DNA of 63,448 nt, filler included, from Candidatus Woesearchaeota archaeon (GTDB taxonomy: Archaea > Nanobdellota > Nanobdellia > Woesearchaeales > CG1-02-33-12), in the NCBI GenBank assembly GCA_018399355.1. It is 10 parts of 10 records of this genome, joined end to end, with 100 filler letters (N's around TTAATTAATTAA, not from the genome) between each part and the next. Parts side by side here need not be neighbours in the genome. Positions count along the whole stretch, not along the records: positions 12,561 to 41,746 come from JAGYOA010000006.1; positions 41,847 to 45,496 come from JAGYOA010000060.1; positions 45,597 to 49,191 come from JAGYOA010000061.1; 7 more parts are not named here. The stretch is one strand, 5' to 3'. A model generated the notes under the pieces. The model was not told where the DNA came from. It searched no databases and saw only the letters and a list, made by a program, of their open reading frames with translations. How positions within the stretch are numbered: position 1 is the first letter of the stretch; every line of letters starts with the position of its first letter. The position numbers and the translations under genes are program-made. Of this stretch, positions 38,079 through 46,620 are shown one piece after another.

Positions 38079-38999
38079 ATGGGAATTAAGGAAACTGTAA
38101 AGAAAATAAAGAGCTTGGAAATCCAGGGAGCAGAAAATGTTGCAATAGAATCAGTGAAAGCCCTCAAGGATGTTGTAAAACAAACAAGATCAAGAACTGT
38201 TTCAGCAATTCTTGCTGACTTGTTTCATGCAAAAAACCTTCTTTTTCTTTCAAGACCAACAGAGCCCTGTATGAGGAATTCAATAAATTATGTGATGGAT
38301 GACCTTAATTATGATGACCCTATTGAACTCACAAAAGCTATTTGTGAAAAGGTGGATTATGTTTTAAAGAGGTTTGAGCAGAATAAAAAAATAATAGCAG
38401 GGATAGGAGCAAAAAAGATAAAAAACGGCTCAGTTGTCTTCACCCATTGTCACTCCTCTACTATATTTGAAATAATAAAAGAGGCAAAAAAGCAGGGCAA
38501 GAAATTTGAAGTGCATAACACTGAGACAAGGCCTAAGTTTCAAGGTAGGATAACTGCAAAAGAAATCTCAAGCTTGGGTATTCCTGTAACTCATTTTATT
38601 GACTCTGCAGCAAGGTTTGCTCTAAAAAAAGCAGATATTGTGTTTATTGGAGCAGATGCAATAACAACAGAAGGAAAGGTAATCAACAAGATTGGATCAG
38701 AGCTTTATGCAGAGATAGCAGATAAATTTGATATCCCTGTCTATGCATGCACTGACTCATGGAAATTTGACACTGAAACTGTATTCGGCTTTGAAGAAGA
38801 GATTGAAACAAGAAGAAGTGATGAAATATGGAAAAATCCTCCAAAAGGGGTTAAAATAAACAATTTTGCATTTGAAAAGGTGAGTGGAAATCTTGTAACA
38901 GGAATTATATCAGAATTAGGAATTTACAAACCATATATTTTCATACAGGAAATAAAAGCAAACAACAAATGGATGTTTAAAAGAAAAAAATTATTTTAG
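38079..38999 (+). CDS. Ribose-1,5-bisphosphate isomerase / eIF2B-delta family protein
   Basis: IQGA, RPTEP, THCHSS, ETRP, GADAI, NKIGS. Confidence 0.88.
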   Translation: MGIKETVKKIKSLEIQGAENVAIESVKALKDVVKQTRSRTVSAILADLFHAKNLLFLSRPTEPCMRNSINYVMDDLNYDDPIELTKAICEKVDYVLKRFEQNKKIIAGIGAKKIKNGSVVFTHCHSSTIFEIIKEAKKQGKKFEVHNTETRPKFQGRITAKEISSLGIPVTHFIDSAARFALKKADIVFIGADAITTEGKVINKIGSELYAEIADKFDIPVYACTDSWKFDTETVFGFEEEIETRRSDEIWKNPPKGVKINNFAFEKVSGNLVTGIISELGIYKPYIFIQEIKANNKWMFKRKKLF

Positions 39000-39491
39000 T
39001 TCATTTTCCAGTTTTTTTATTTCACTTTCTATATTTTTTATTTTTTCTGTGTTTTCTTCCTGGTTCATTATTTCACCGCATTCAGGGCACTTAAATTCAA
39101 AGTTCATTGCCTGTTCAAAGTCAAGCCTTATGCATTTATTCTGGCATAAAAAGAAATGGCTGCTTTTTTCCCTTGAAATTCTTTCTTTTAGTTTAGAAAG
39201 CTTCTTTTTTTTAAGGTTAATTACCACATGTTTTATCATCTTTGGCTTAAATGTCCAATAATAAATATACCATCCCTTTTTTTTGTCTTTTTTTCTTATA
39301 AAAGAAACTAAATTTACTTCATGAAGGCGGTAAAGCATATTTCTTGTTTCATTTATCTCTCTTTTTATAGCATCAGCTATCTTGAACTCAGAGATGTTCT
39401 TCTTGTTCTTAAGGAAATGCACTACAGCGAGCACATCCTCTCCTGCCACTTCGCTAATAGTGGATTCTATGATTTTATTTGACAATCGCAT
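38991..39491 (-). CDS. tfe: Transcription factor E (TFE alpha)
   Basis: wHTH, GWYIYYW, Zn ribbon C..C...FKCPECG. Confidence 0.93.
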   Translation of the reverse strand: MRLSNKIIESTISEVAGEDVLAVVHFLKNKKNISEFKIADAIKREINETRNMLYRLHEVNLVSFIRKKDKKKGWYIYYWTFKPKMIKHVVINLKKKKLSKLKERISREKSSHFFLCQNKCIRLDFEQAMNFEFKCPECGEIMNQEENTEKIKNIESEIKKLENELK

Positions 39492-39573
39492 ACATCCTCC
39501 AGAAGTCCATTAAGGAGAGTTATATTATGGAAAAAAAGGTTTATAAATCTTTCGTTTTTTCCTAAAAACAAAG

Positions 39574-39963
39574 TTATTTCTCCACTAATTCCTCAAAAAT
39601 CAATCCCTTGCTTTTTGCAAGCTCTTTAGAGACAGCATATCCTTTTTCTGTCTTTTTCAGGTCTTCTATACTCAAAAAGAACCAATCCAGCTTAAATTTA
39701 ACCGCAATCCAGGGTTCAGCGCCAAAAATACTGGAAAAAGTTTTTAACTGATTTATATCTTCGTTAGAAAGGTATTTGTTTCCTTGTCTTATTGTTTTGC
39801 ACTCAATTGCAAGCTTTCTTATTCTGTTCCCAGCAAGAACATCAGGGCATGGAAACCTGCTGCTTCCAGAACCTGCAACTCTTATTGCAGACCATCCTTG
39901 TATCCCCCAAAAAAAGTGAATGAGTTCTCTCTCAGCATTAATTCCTTTTGATTTATAGTTCAT
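39574..39963 (-). CDS. hjc: Holliday junction resolvase Hjc
   Basis: KGINAERELI, RVAGSG, PDVLAG, IECK. Confidence 0.93.
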   Translation of the reverse strand: MNYKSKGINAERELIHFFWGIQGWSAIRVAGSGSSRFPCPDVLAGNRIRKLAIECKTIRQGNKYLSNEDINQLKTFSSIFGAEPWIAVKFKLDWFFLSIEDLKKTEKGYAVSKELAKSKGLIFEELVEK

Positions 39964-40097
39964 AAAAAAAGATATTGAAAGCTTTAATATATATCTTTTG
40001 AAAACATTATTGACAAATAACATGAAAAAACAAAACACTTAAATATGTTGGACTTGTTTAATCTTTTTATAAAAAAAGCAGTTCTGAGGTGGAATAA

Positions 40098-40304
40098 ATG
40101 GGAAAAAGGCTTATTCCATTGGCCGCGATGGAGAAAATAATGAAAAAATGCGGTGCTGAACGGGTTTCTGATAATGCAAAAGCAGCATTAAAGAATGCCT
40201 TAGAAGAGATTGCAGAAGAAATAGCAAATGATGCTGTGAAGCTTGCAACTCATGCCGGAAGAAAAACAATCAAGGCAAGTGATATAAAACTGGCTTCAAA
40301 ATAA
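40098..40304 (+). CDS. Archaeal histone (HMf-like)
   Basis: GAERVS...[13 protein letters not shown]. Confidence 0.95.
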   Translation: MGKRLIPLAAMEKIMKKCGAERVSDNAKAALKNALEEIAEEIANDAVKLATHAGRKTIKASDIKLASK

Positions 40305-41195
40305 TTATATTTTTAGTTTCATAAAATCATATGCGCAGATAGTATTTGAAAAGATATCTTTCGCGTCATCTTCTACATCCTGCATTGTTTTATACCTTTG
40401 GCTGAAATGAGTGAGTATAAGCTTTTTTGAATTTGACTTGTTTGCAATAAGAGCTGCCTGTCTTGAAGTCATATGCCTGTATTCTTCTGCCTTTTCCTTT
40501 AAATTATCTGCATAAGTTGCCTCACAAACTAAAATATCCGAGTCTATAGCAAGCTCAAGAGCATTGTTGCAGTAAACTGTGTCTGAAACAAATGTGATTT
40601 TCTTTCCCTTAACCAAGTATGTTGCCTGTTCAGGAGTTATTTTTTTTCCTTTGAAAGTTATACTTTCTCCTGACTGTAACTTTCCCAATAAAGGGCCTTC
40701 TGGTATTCCAATTTTGGTTACAAATCCTGCTTTTATTCTTCTTCTGTCTTTTTCTATAAAGGAAAAGCCCAGTGTTTCAATGCTGTGTTCTAAAGGGAGG
40801 GCTTCAAGGTAAAAATCATTTCCATCAAAAAATTTCTTTTTAGTTATCTCTTTTATTTTGATTTCTATTTTGTCCTCAAATGAAAATGCCTTAAACAAAT
40901 GATTCATTCTTTCTGTTGTTCCTTTTGGACCATAAATCTCAAGAGTTTTTTCATATCCATTTTTTGCTAGTGTTTGTATCAAACCAGGAATTCCTAAGAC
41001 ATGATCTCCGTGCCAGTGGCTTATTAAAATCTTAGTTATCTTTGATGGCTTTATTCCTGCTATCTTCATCTGTCTTTGAGTTCCCTCTCCGCAATCAACT
41101 AAAATTCCCTCAGTGCCGTAGCTAACCAAAACTGCTGAATGGTTTCTTTCTTTTGTTGGAACCATTGCGCTGGTTCCTAAAAAAGTTATTTGCAT
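40305..41195 (-). CDS. rnz: Ribonuclease Z
   Basis: FLGTS, DCGEGTQRQ, SHWHGDH, GP exosite, THFSQRY. Confidence 0.96.
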   Translation of the reverse strand: MQITFLGTSAMVPTKERNHSAVLVSYGTEGILVDCGEGTQRQMKIAGIKPSKITKILISHWHGDHVLGIPGLIQTLAKNGYEKTLEIYGPKGTTERMNHLFKAFSFEDKIEIKIKEITKKKFFDGNDFYLEALPLEHSIETLGFSFIEKDRRRIKAGFVTKIGIPEGPLLGKLQSGESITFKGKKITPEQATYLVKGKKITFVSDTVYCNNALELAIDSDILVCEATYADNLKEKAEEYRHMTSRQAALIANKSNSKKLILTHFSQRYKTMQDVEDDAKDIFSNTICAYDFMKLKI

Positions 41196-41310
41196 TTTAA
41201 CTAAAGAGGTATGCTGCTATATTAAAGCTTTTTGATGTTTATTTATTTTCAATATAGAAAGATATTATCAAAACTAAAATTTTTTAAATGTATGTGTTTT
41301 CTCATTGTTT

Positions 41311-41746
41311 ATGGCTAAAGAAAAGAAAGCAAAACTAAAAGAAAAGAAAGAAGAACCAAAAGAAAAAAAATCAAAAAAGAAGAAGGTAAAGGCCATCTTA
41401 ACTAGAGAAAGGGTTCTTACTGAGATATCTGATGAAGCCAAAGAATTCTACAACCAAAGCAGGTTTGGAAATGTTTTGGAAGATGGAAAAGTCCAACTTT
41501 CACTTCTTGAGGCATTATACCTCATGGATAAGGGAAAGCTTGAAATCAAGGATTATCATAAAAAGAAAGTAGATTTTGACTTATTTATTAAAAAAGCAAG
41601 GCGTGTTGAGCCAAATTTTTGGATAAGGTATTGCGTTTTTAAAGATATCAGAGACAGAGGATATATAATCAAGACTGCATTGAAGTTTGGTGCAGATTTC
41701 AGGGTTTATGACCGTGGAGTAAAGCCTGGGGAAGATCATGCAAGAT
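41311..41746 (+). CDS. endA: tRNA-splicing endonuclease, 3'-truncated
   Basis: LSLLEALYL, RGY.IKTALKFGADFRVY, GEDHA. Confidence 0.92.
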
Positions 41747-41847
41747 NNNNNNNNNNNNNNNNNNNNNNNNNNNNNNNNNNNNNNNNNNNNTTAATTAATT
41801 AANNNNNNNNNNNNNNNNNNNNNNNNNNNNNNNNNNNNNNNNNNNNG

Positions 41848-42357
41848 GTTTCTGATGAAATAACATATAAAATTTCACCTTTATCAAGAGCTTTAAGGAA
41901 ATTCGCCAAAATCTCCTTTGATGAAAATTATGTTAACCTTTTAATTTCAGAACCGTTTAATGCAATTAAAAACATCGAAACAGAAAAATTAGTTGATTTG
42001 TTTTCAGAGCTCAAAAAAAATATAGAAAATGAAAACCTTGGATTAAAGGAAAAGGTAAGAGACAAATACCTTTCAATAATATTAGAGTTCGATAAAAATT
42101 TCATTGAAGAATTAAAGAACAAAATAAAAACTCTTAACAGCAGAATAAAAGAATTATCCTCGGAGATAAACAAAGACCACATTTGGAAAAACATAGAAGA
42201 CTTAAACATCAGAATTGAAAAAAATGAAAAATTTGCAGAGCAGATAAAAAGGGAAATATCACTATGCGATGAAAATATCAATAAAATAAAAACAGAAGAT
42301 ATAAACACAGAAATAAAAGAAATTCTTAAATCAATGGATATAGAACTTACTGAATAA
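41848..42357 (+). CDS. Coiled-coil hypothetical protein, 5'-truncated
   Basis: Frame is open back to the contig edge. Confidence 0.6.
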   Translation, partial: VSDEITYKISPLSRALRKFAKISFDENYVNLLISEPFNAIKNIETEKLVDLFSELKKNIENENLGLKEKVRDKYLSIILEFDKNFIEELKNKIKTLNSRIKELSSEINKDHIWKNIEDLNIRIEKNEKFAEQIKREISLCDENINKIKTEDINTEIKEILKSMDIELTE

Positions 42358-42401
42358 TACTCAAAAAAGATTTATAAACAATAAAATAAATATTGCAATA
42401 T

Positions 42402-43523
42402 ATGTTTGGCCATCAACACATTTCATACTTTCTTCATAACCGGGAGCTTGATGAACTTTACATTAGTGTTGCTATAAGGTCTTTTTCTTTGTCAATGATA
42501 GTCATATTTATTCCTATTTACCTTTTAAATCTAGGTTATACTCTTAAATCTGTTTTCTTGCTTTATGCAATGCTATGTTTATTCAGGGTTTTATCTGTAG
42601 TTCCAATAGCAAAAATCTCATCAAAATACGGTTTTAAGCACGTAATGATTTTCAGCATACCTTTTCTCATTATTTCATATCTCCTGCTTTACACAATAGA
42701 AATTTACCGCTGGCCACTAATCTTAATGGCATTCACAATGGCCCTCGGAAGCGAGTTTTTCTGGATTGGTTATCATATTGATTTTTGCAAGAGCAGCGAT
42801 GAGAAAGAAAGAGGAGAAGAGGTAGGTATAGAGAGAATACTGGTAAAGATTTTTCATATAATCGGCCCTTTTATTGGGGGGCTGATACTTACATTCCTTG
42901 GTTTTAAAATTTTGTTTGTTTTTGTCTCCATATTCCTCTTTGTTTCAATGATCCCCTTGTTTTTCTCAAGCGAGATACATGAGCCAATAAATTTTTCATT
43001 AAAAAACATTTTAAAACTCAGGGATTATAAGAATATTTTGCCTTCGATTGGTAAGGGGGTAGAACAGGAAGTCGGTTATGTTATATGGCCAGTATTTATC
43101 TTTTTTTACATAATTAAAAGCTATTCAACCCTTGGTTTTGTTTTTTCACTTGGATTCTTTTTTTCTGTTATTTTTATGTATATTATTAGTGAGCTTTCTG
43201 ATATCAGGAGAAGGCTTGTTTTGAGGATCGGGGCTTTTTCAAACTTTATAATATGGATAATAAGAATTTTCATAACAAAAATCATGCAGGTATTTTTTAT
43301 TGATGCAGTTTATGGAATGTCACAGTCTGCAATAGACATATCATTTAATGCAATAATATATGACAGGGCAGGAAAAAGAAATATAGTAGGCACAATAGTG
43401 AGAAGAGAGATTTTTGTTTATACGGGAGGGGGATTAGTATTTTTTATTATGTATTTTGTAACAAATCTCAGGCTTGGATTTGTCTTAACCGGATTGGCTT
43501 CATTGCTTCATTTTTTGTTTTAG
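42402..43523 (+). CDS. MFS transporter
   Basis: About 12 TM; SKYGFK and SDIRRR loop motifs; GPFIGG. Confidence 0.88.
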   Translation: MFGHQHISYFLHNRELDELYISVAIRSFSLSMIVIFIPIYLLNLGYTLKSVFLLYAMLCLFRVLSVVPIAKISSKYGFKHVMIFSIPFLIISYLLLYTIEIYRWPLILMAFTMALGSEFFWIGYHIDFCKSSDEKERGEEVGIERILVKIFHIIGPFIGGLILTFLGFKILFVFVSIFLFVSMIPLFFSSEIHEPINFSLKNILKLRDYKNILPSIGKGVEQEVGYVIWPVFIFFYIIKSYSTLGFVFSLGFFFSVIFMYIISELSDIRRRLVLRIGAFSNFIIWIIRIFITKIMQVFFIDAVYGMSQSAIDISFNAIIYDRAGKRNIVGTIVRREIFVYTGGGLVFFIMYFVTNLRLGFVLTGLASLLHFLF

Positions 43524-44091
43524 TTTCTTTGCACATCTCAAGAAAATTGTCCATTATGATTTTTCCCTGCTCTCCAGAAACTTCAGGATGTCCCTGAAAG
43601 CCGTATATGCTTTTTTCCTTGTGTTTTATTGCCTCTGCAAGGCATGTTTCAGAATGTGCAATAACCTCAAAGTTTTTTGGAATCTCTGTTACATGCCTGT
43701 AATGCTTTTTTCTTATAAAAGCTTCATTCTCTAACCCCTGGAATATAGGGTCATCTTTTTTATCAATGAATATTTTTTCCATCTTGTTCTGCCTTTTGAG
43801 CCTTGATATCTTTCCCTTGTTTGCAACAGCAATTATCTCATGCCCAAGGCAGAATCCCAGAGTTGGAACATCAAAATTCATAAGTGCAAGCAAATCAGCG
43901 GTTATGTTTAATGGGCCGTAAGGGTCACCCGGGCCTCCAGAAAGAATCACTCCCTCAACATCATTTAAATCTCTGAGATGAGGAGCTTTAGAGTGTTTGC
44001 ATATCTTATATTCCAGATTGTTTTCCTCTATACTCTGTTTTATATCTTCAATAAACTTGCTTTGGTTGTCAATGACTAAAATCATGGCCAA
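43468..44091 (-). CDS. Class I glutamine amidotransferase (GMP synthase subunit A-like)
   Basis: ILSGGPG, GFCLGHE, FQGHPE catalytic triad. Confidence 0.9.
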   Translation of the reverse strand: MAMILVIDNQSKFIEDIKQSIEENNLEYKICKHSKAPHLRDLNDVEGVILSGGPGDPYGPLNITADLLALMNFDVPTLGFCLGHEIIAVANKGKISRLKRQNKMEKIFIDKKDDPIFQGLENEAFIRKKHYRHVTEIPKNFEVIAHSETCLAEAIKHKEKSIYGFQGHPEVSGEQGKIIMDNFLEMCKETKTKNEAMKPIRLRQIQA

Positions 44092-44163
44092 AACTCCTTA
44101 TAACTAATATTTAAATCTTTCCCATTAGATAAATTTATTAATGTGTTGCAAATTCTTTTTTTT

Positions 44164-44733
44164 ATGAAACTTATACTTACAAGACACGGCCAAACATTTG
44201 AAAACCAAAATAGGATTGTGCAGGGGCATTTGCCTGGAAAACTTTCTGAAAATGGAAAAGAGCAGGTAAGAAAACTGGGTTTAAGATTAAAGGATGAGAA
44301 TATTAGCGCAATATATTCAAGCGACTTAAGAAGGGCAGTTGATACAGCAAAAGAGATTGTAAAATATCATAAAAATGCAGGCTTTTTTCTTGTTAAGGAA
44401 TTAAGGGAGAGACATCATGGCAGTTATGACGGCAAAAAATCAGACGAAATAAATTGGGAGGAACATATTGATGAGTTTGAAAAGCTTTCTGACATGAAAA
44501 TAAGGGCAAAGAAGATAATTGATGAAGCTTACAAGAAATATAAAGATTCAACTGTTGTTTTTGTGGGCCACAGTGGAATAAATAGAGTTATAATAAGAAT
44601 TATGGAAGGAAAAGATTTTGATGAGATTGAAAACATGGAAAGACAGGACAATACCGCAGTGAATATCTTTGAGATAAAACAAGACAATAAGCATATTATT
44701 CATTTAATGAACTGCACAAAGCATCTTGATTAA
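44164..44733 (+). CDS. Histidine phosphatase family protein
   Basis: RHGQT, SSDLRRA, LRE, VGHSG. Confidence 0.93.
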   Translation: MKLILTRHGQTFENQNRIVQGHLPGKLSENGKEQVRKLGLRLKDENISAIYSSDLRRAVDTAKEIVKYHKNAGFFLVKELRERHHGSYDGKKSDEINWEEHIDEFEKLSDMKIRAKKIIDEAYKKYKDSTVVFVGHSGINRVIIRIMEGKDFDEIENMERQDNTAVNIFEIKQDNKHIIHLMNCTKHLD

Positions 44734-45071
44734 ATTTTATAAAAAATCTGCATAGTCTTTTTATCTTTAATAAAAGGAAAAAAAAGATTTCTGTATCCTT
44801 CTTCTATAAGCTCTACTTCAACTGTATTATTTATTTTATCGAGTTTGTAATGCCCTGAGACGTCATTAAAATGAGTTTTTATAACTTCAATTAATTCTTC
44901 AATTTTATTTTCAGCATATCCACATATCCTTGAATGAGTAGGATAATCAAAAGGAGGCAGATGGTATTTTACTTTTACCTTGTCTGTTTTTTTCCTTAAA
45001 TCTTCAAGAAGACTAATAACTCTTTTTCCCTTAATCTCTTTTTTTATTATTTCTCCCAGTGGTTGACTCAT
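44730..45071 (-). CDS. Hypothetical protein
   Basis: 113 aa; TATA-like element upstream. Confidence 0.6.
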   Translation of the reverse strand: MSQPLGEIIKKEIKGKRVISLLEDLRKKTDKVKVKYHLPPFDYPTHSRICGYAENKIEELIEVIKTHFNDVSGHYKLDKINNTVEVELIEEGYRNLFFPFIKDKKTMQIFYKI

Positions 45072-45172
45072 AATTAATTTATTTTAATGGTTGTTTATAT
45101 ATTTTTCTTTTATGAAAATGCTGTTTTTACATCGAAAACTATATAAATAATGCTGAAACCCATGAAACTAAT

Positions 45173-45245
45173 GCCTCTGTAGCTTAGCAGGTAGAGCGTG
45201 CGGCTGTTAACCGCAAGGTCACCAGTTCGAGTCTGGTCAGAGGCG
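45173..45245 (+). tRNA. tRNA-Asn(GTT)
   Basis: Acceptor GCCTCTG/CAGAGGC plus G73; anticodon arm TGCGG-CTGTTAA-CCGCA; GTTCGAG T-loop; TATA at 45140-45149. Confidence 0.96.
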
Positions 45246-45254
45246 CTTTTTTTC

Positions 45255-45368
45255 GGGCCCGTAGCTTAGTCTGGTGGAGTGCTCGACTGATACATTGGCC
45301 TCAGGACAATGTTCCGAACGCCAGTGAGAGAAATCGAGTGGTCCGGAGTTCAAATCTCCGCGGGCCCA
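45255..45368 (+). tRNA. tRNA-Ile(GAT) with about 40-nt intron at 37/38 (45293-45332)
   Basis: Acceptor GGGCCCG/CGGGCCC plus A73; CTCGA-CTGATA[intron]A-TCGAG; GTTCAAATC T-loop. Confidence 0.9.
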
Positions 45369-45408
45369 TTTAACAAATCTTTTAAAGAATAGCTTCTTCT
45401 TGGTTTTT

Positions 45409-45496
45409 ATGAAAGAAACGGAAATATTAAGGCCCACTGACAATCATGTGATTAATCTTGCAGTTGATACAATCAAAATGAACAAGCAGGCCCTTG
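45409..45496 (+). CDS. 5' fragment of a possible Ski2/Hel308-like helicase
   Basis: Reads MKETEILRPTDNHVINLAVDTIKMNKQAL before the gap; resemblance only. Confidence 0.3.
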
Positions 45497-45596
45497 NNNN
45501 NNNNNNNNNNNNNNNNNNNNNNNNNNNNNNNNNNNNNNNNTTAATTAATTAANNNNNNNNNNNNNNNNNNNNNNNNNNNNNNNNNNNNNNNNNNNN

Positions 45597-46004
45597 TCTG
45601 TTGGACTACTAGGAGTGCTTACATCAATAATAGTAAGTGAGTCAGTATCAAACGAAGCTACATACGCATAATCACCGTCTTTATAAACCCTACGTGGACT
45701 ATCAAGGTTTGAGTTTGAAATAGTGCCTACTTCTGTTGGACTACTAGGAGTGCTTACATCAATAACAGTGAGTGAGTCAGCACCAAACGAAGCTACATAC
45801 GCATAATCACCGTCTTTATAAACACTACGTACATCCTCAAGGTTTGTGTTTGAGATAGTGCCTACTTCTGTTGGACTACTAGGAGTGCTTACATCAATAA
45901 TAGTAAGTGAGTCAGCACTAGATGAGGCTACATACGTATAATTACCATCTTTATAAACACTACGTGCACTATCAAGGTTTGTGTTTGAGATAGTACCTAC
46001 TTCA
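45597..46004. repeat. 135-bp near-identical tandem repeat, at least 3 copies
   Basis: TTGGACTACTAGGAGTGCTTACATCAATAA at 45601, 45736 and 45871. Confidence 0.95.
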
Positions 46005-46078
46005 CTTATACTACTTGCCATCCCAGCCATGGCTAAGAACATCACGAGTGCAAGTCCGAGGAATATTTTAGTTTTCAT
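45597..46078 (-). CDS. Secreted LVIVD-repeat (beta-propeller) protein, 3'-truncated
   Basis: Signal peptide, then 45-aa repeats ...DGxYAYVAS...DSLTIIDVSTPSSPT. Confidence 0.88.
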
Positions 46079-46305
46079 TGTTCTAACATTGCACCCCCTA
46101 TAGACACAAGCAACATAAAACTAAGAAAAATCCAAAGATTCATATAAGCAAGTAAAAACGCAACTAAACCACTCAGATTATTTGCTGTGATTGAACTTTG
46201 TGTCCAATAAGTTATCTGATCAGCAATTCCAGTTGTCCAAAACAATATTCCTATAACTACTTGGAAGAAAATTGCAATGGTTTGAAACTGGCCTTGCTTA
46301 TCCAC
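46075..46305 (-). CDS. Small hydrophobic-hairpin protein (capsid- or pilin-like)
   Basis: MDKQG leader plus two hydrophobic helices; NLS sequon in the linker. Confidence 0.6.
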   Translation of the reverse strand: MDKQGQFQTIAIFFQVVIGILFWTTGIADQITYWTQSSITANNLSGLVAFLLAYMNLWIFLSFMLLVSIGGAMLEQ

Positions 46306-46620
46306 TTAAAGGCCACCCCTTAATTGACCTGGGAGTGTACCAAAGCCGCCACGTTTTTTCCTATTCTTTTTTACTTTTTCTTGAAGTTTATAGAAAGGGC
46401 TATTTTTCTTAACCTTGTCATTAGCTTTCTTTAGTTTATTCTCTTCTTTTTCTTTTGCTGTGTATATCTTTGCTCTTCCTTCTGCTTTGATACGTCTTTC
46501 TCTTAATGTTTTAAGTTGTTTAGCTTGTCTTATTGCATTTTGTTGATCTCTTTTATCCTTAAAATCATAAGCTTTTTGTTTAATATTGTCTACATAATCT
46601 CTTATTCCCATTAAAACCAC
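46306..46620 (-). CDS. Small basic coiled-coil protein
   Basis: K/R-rich, 104 aa. Confidence 0.7.
   Translation of the reverse strand: MVLMGIRDYVDNIKQKAYDFKDKRDQQNAIRQAKQLKTLRERRIKAEGRAKIYTAKEKEENKLKKANDKVKKNSPFYKLQEKVKKNRKKRGGFGTLPGQLRGGL

Noticed and set aside
43468..43523. 56-nt convergent overlap of the MFS and GATase genes
   Set aside because: Likely simple stop-codon drift; abutting convergent genes are common in this compact genome
45237..45443. 68-aa minus-strand ORF
   Set aside because: Antisense shadow of tRNA-Ile
45173..45596. tRNAs as the integration site of the neighbouring virus-like contig
   Set aside because: Separated by an artificial linker; I saw no tRNA 3' duplicate or tyrosine integrase
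45597..46004. Possible CRISPR array or DGR template/variable repeat
   Set aside because: Units are in-frame 135-bp coding repeats without unique spacers; differences are not adenine-specific; no reverse transcriptase or cas gene in the window
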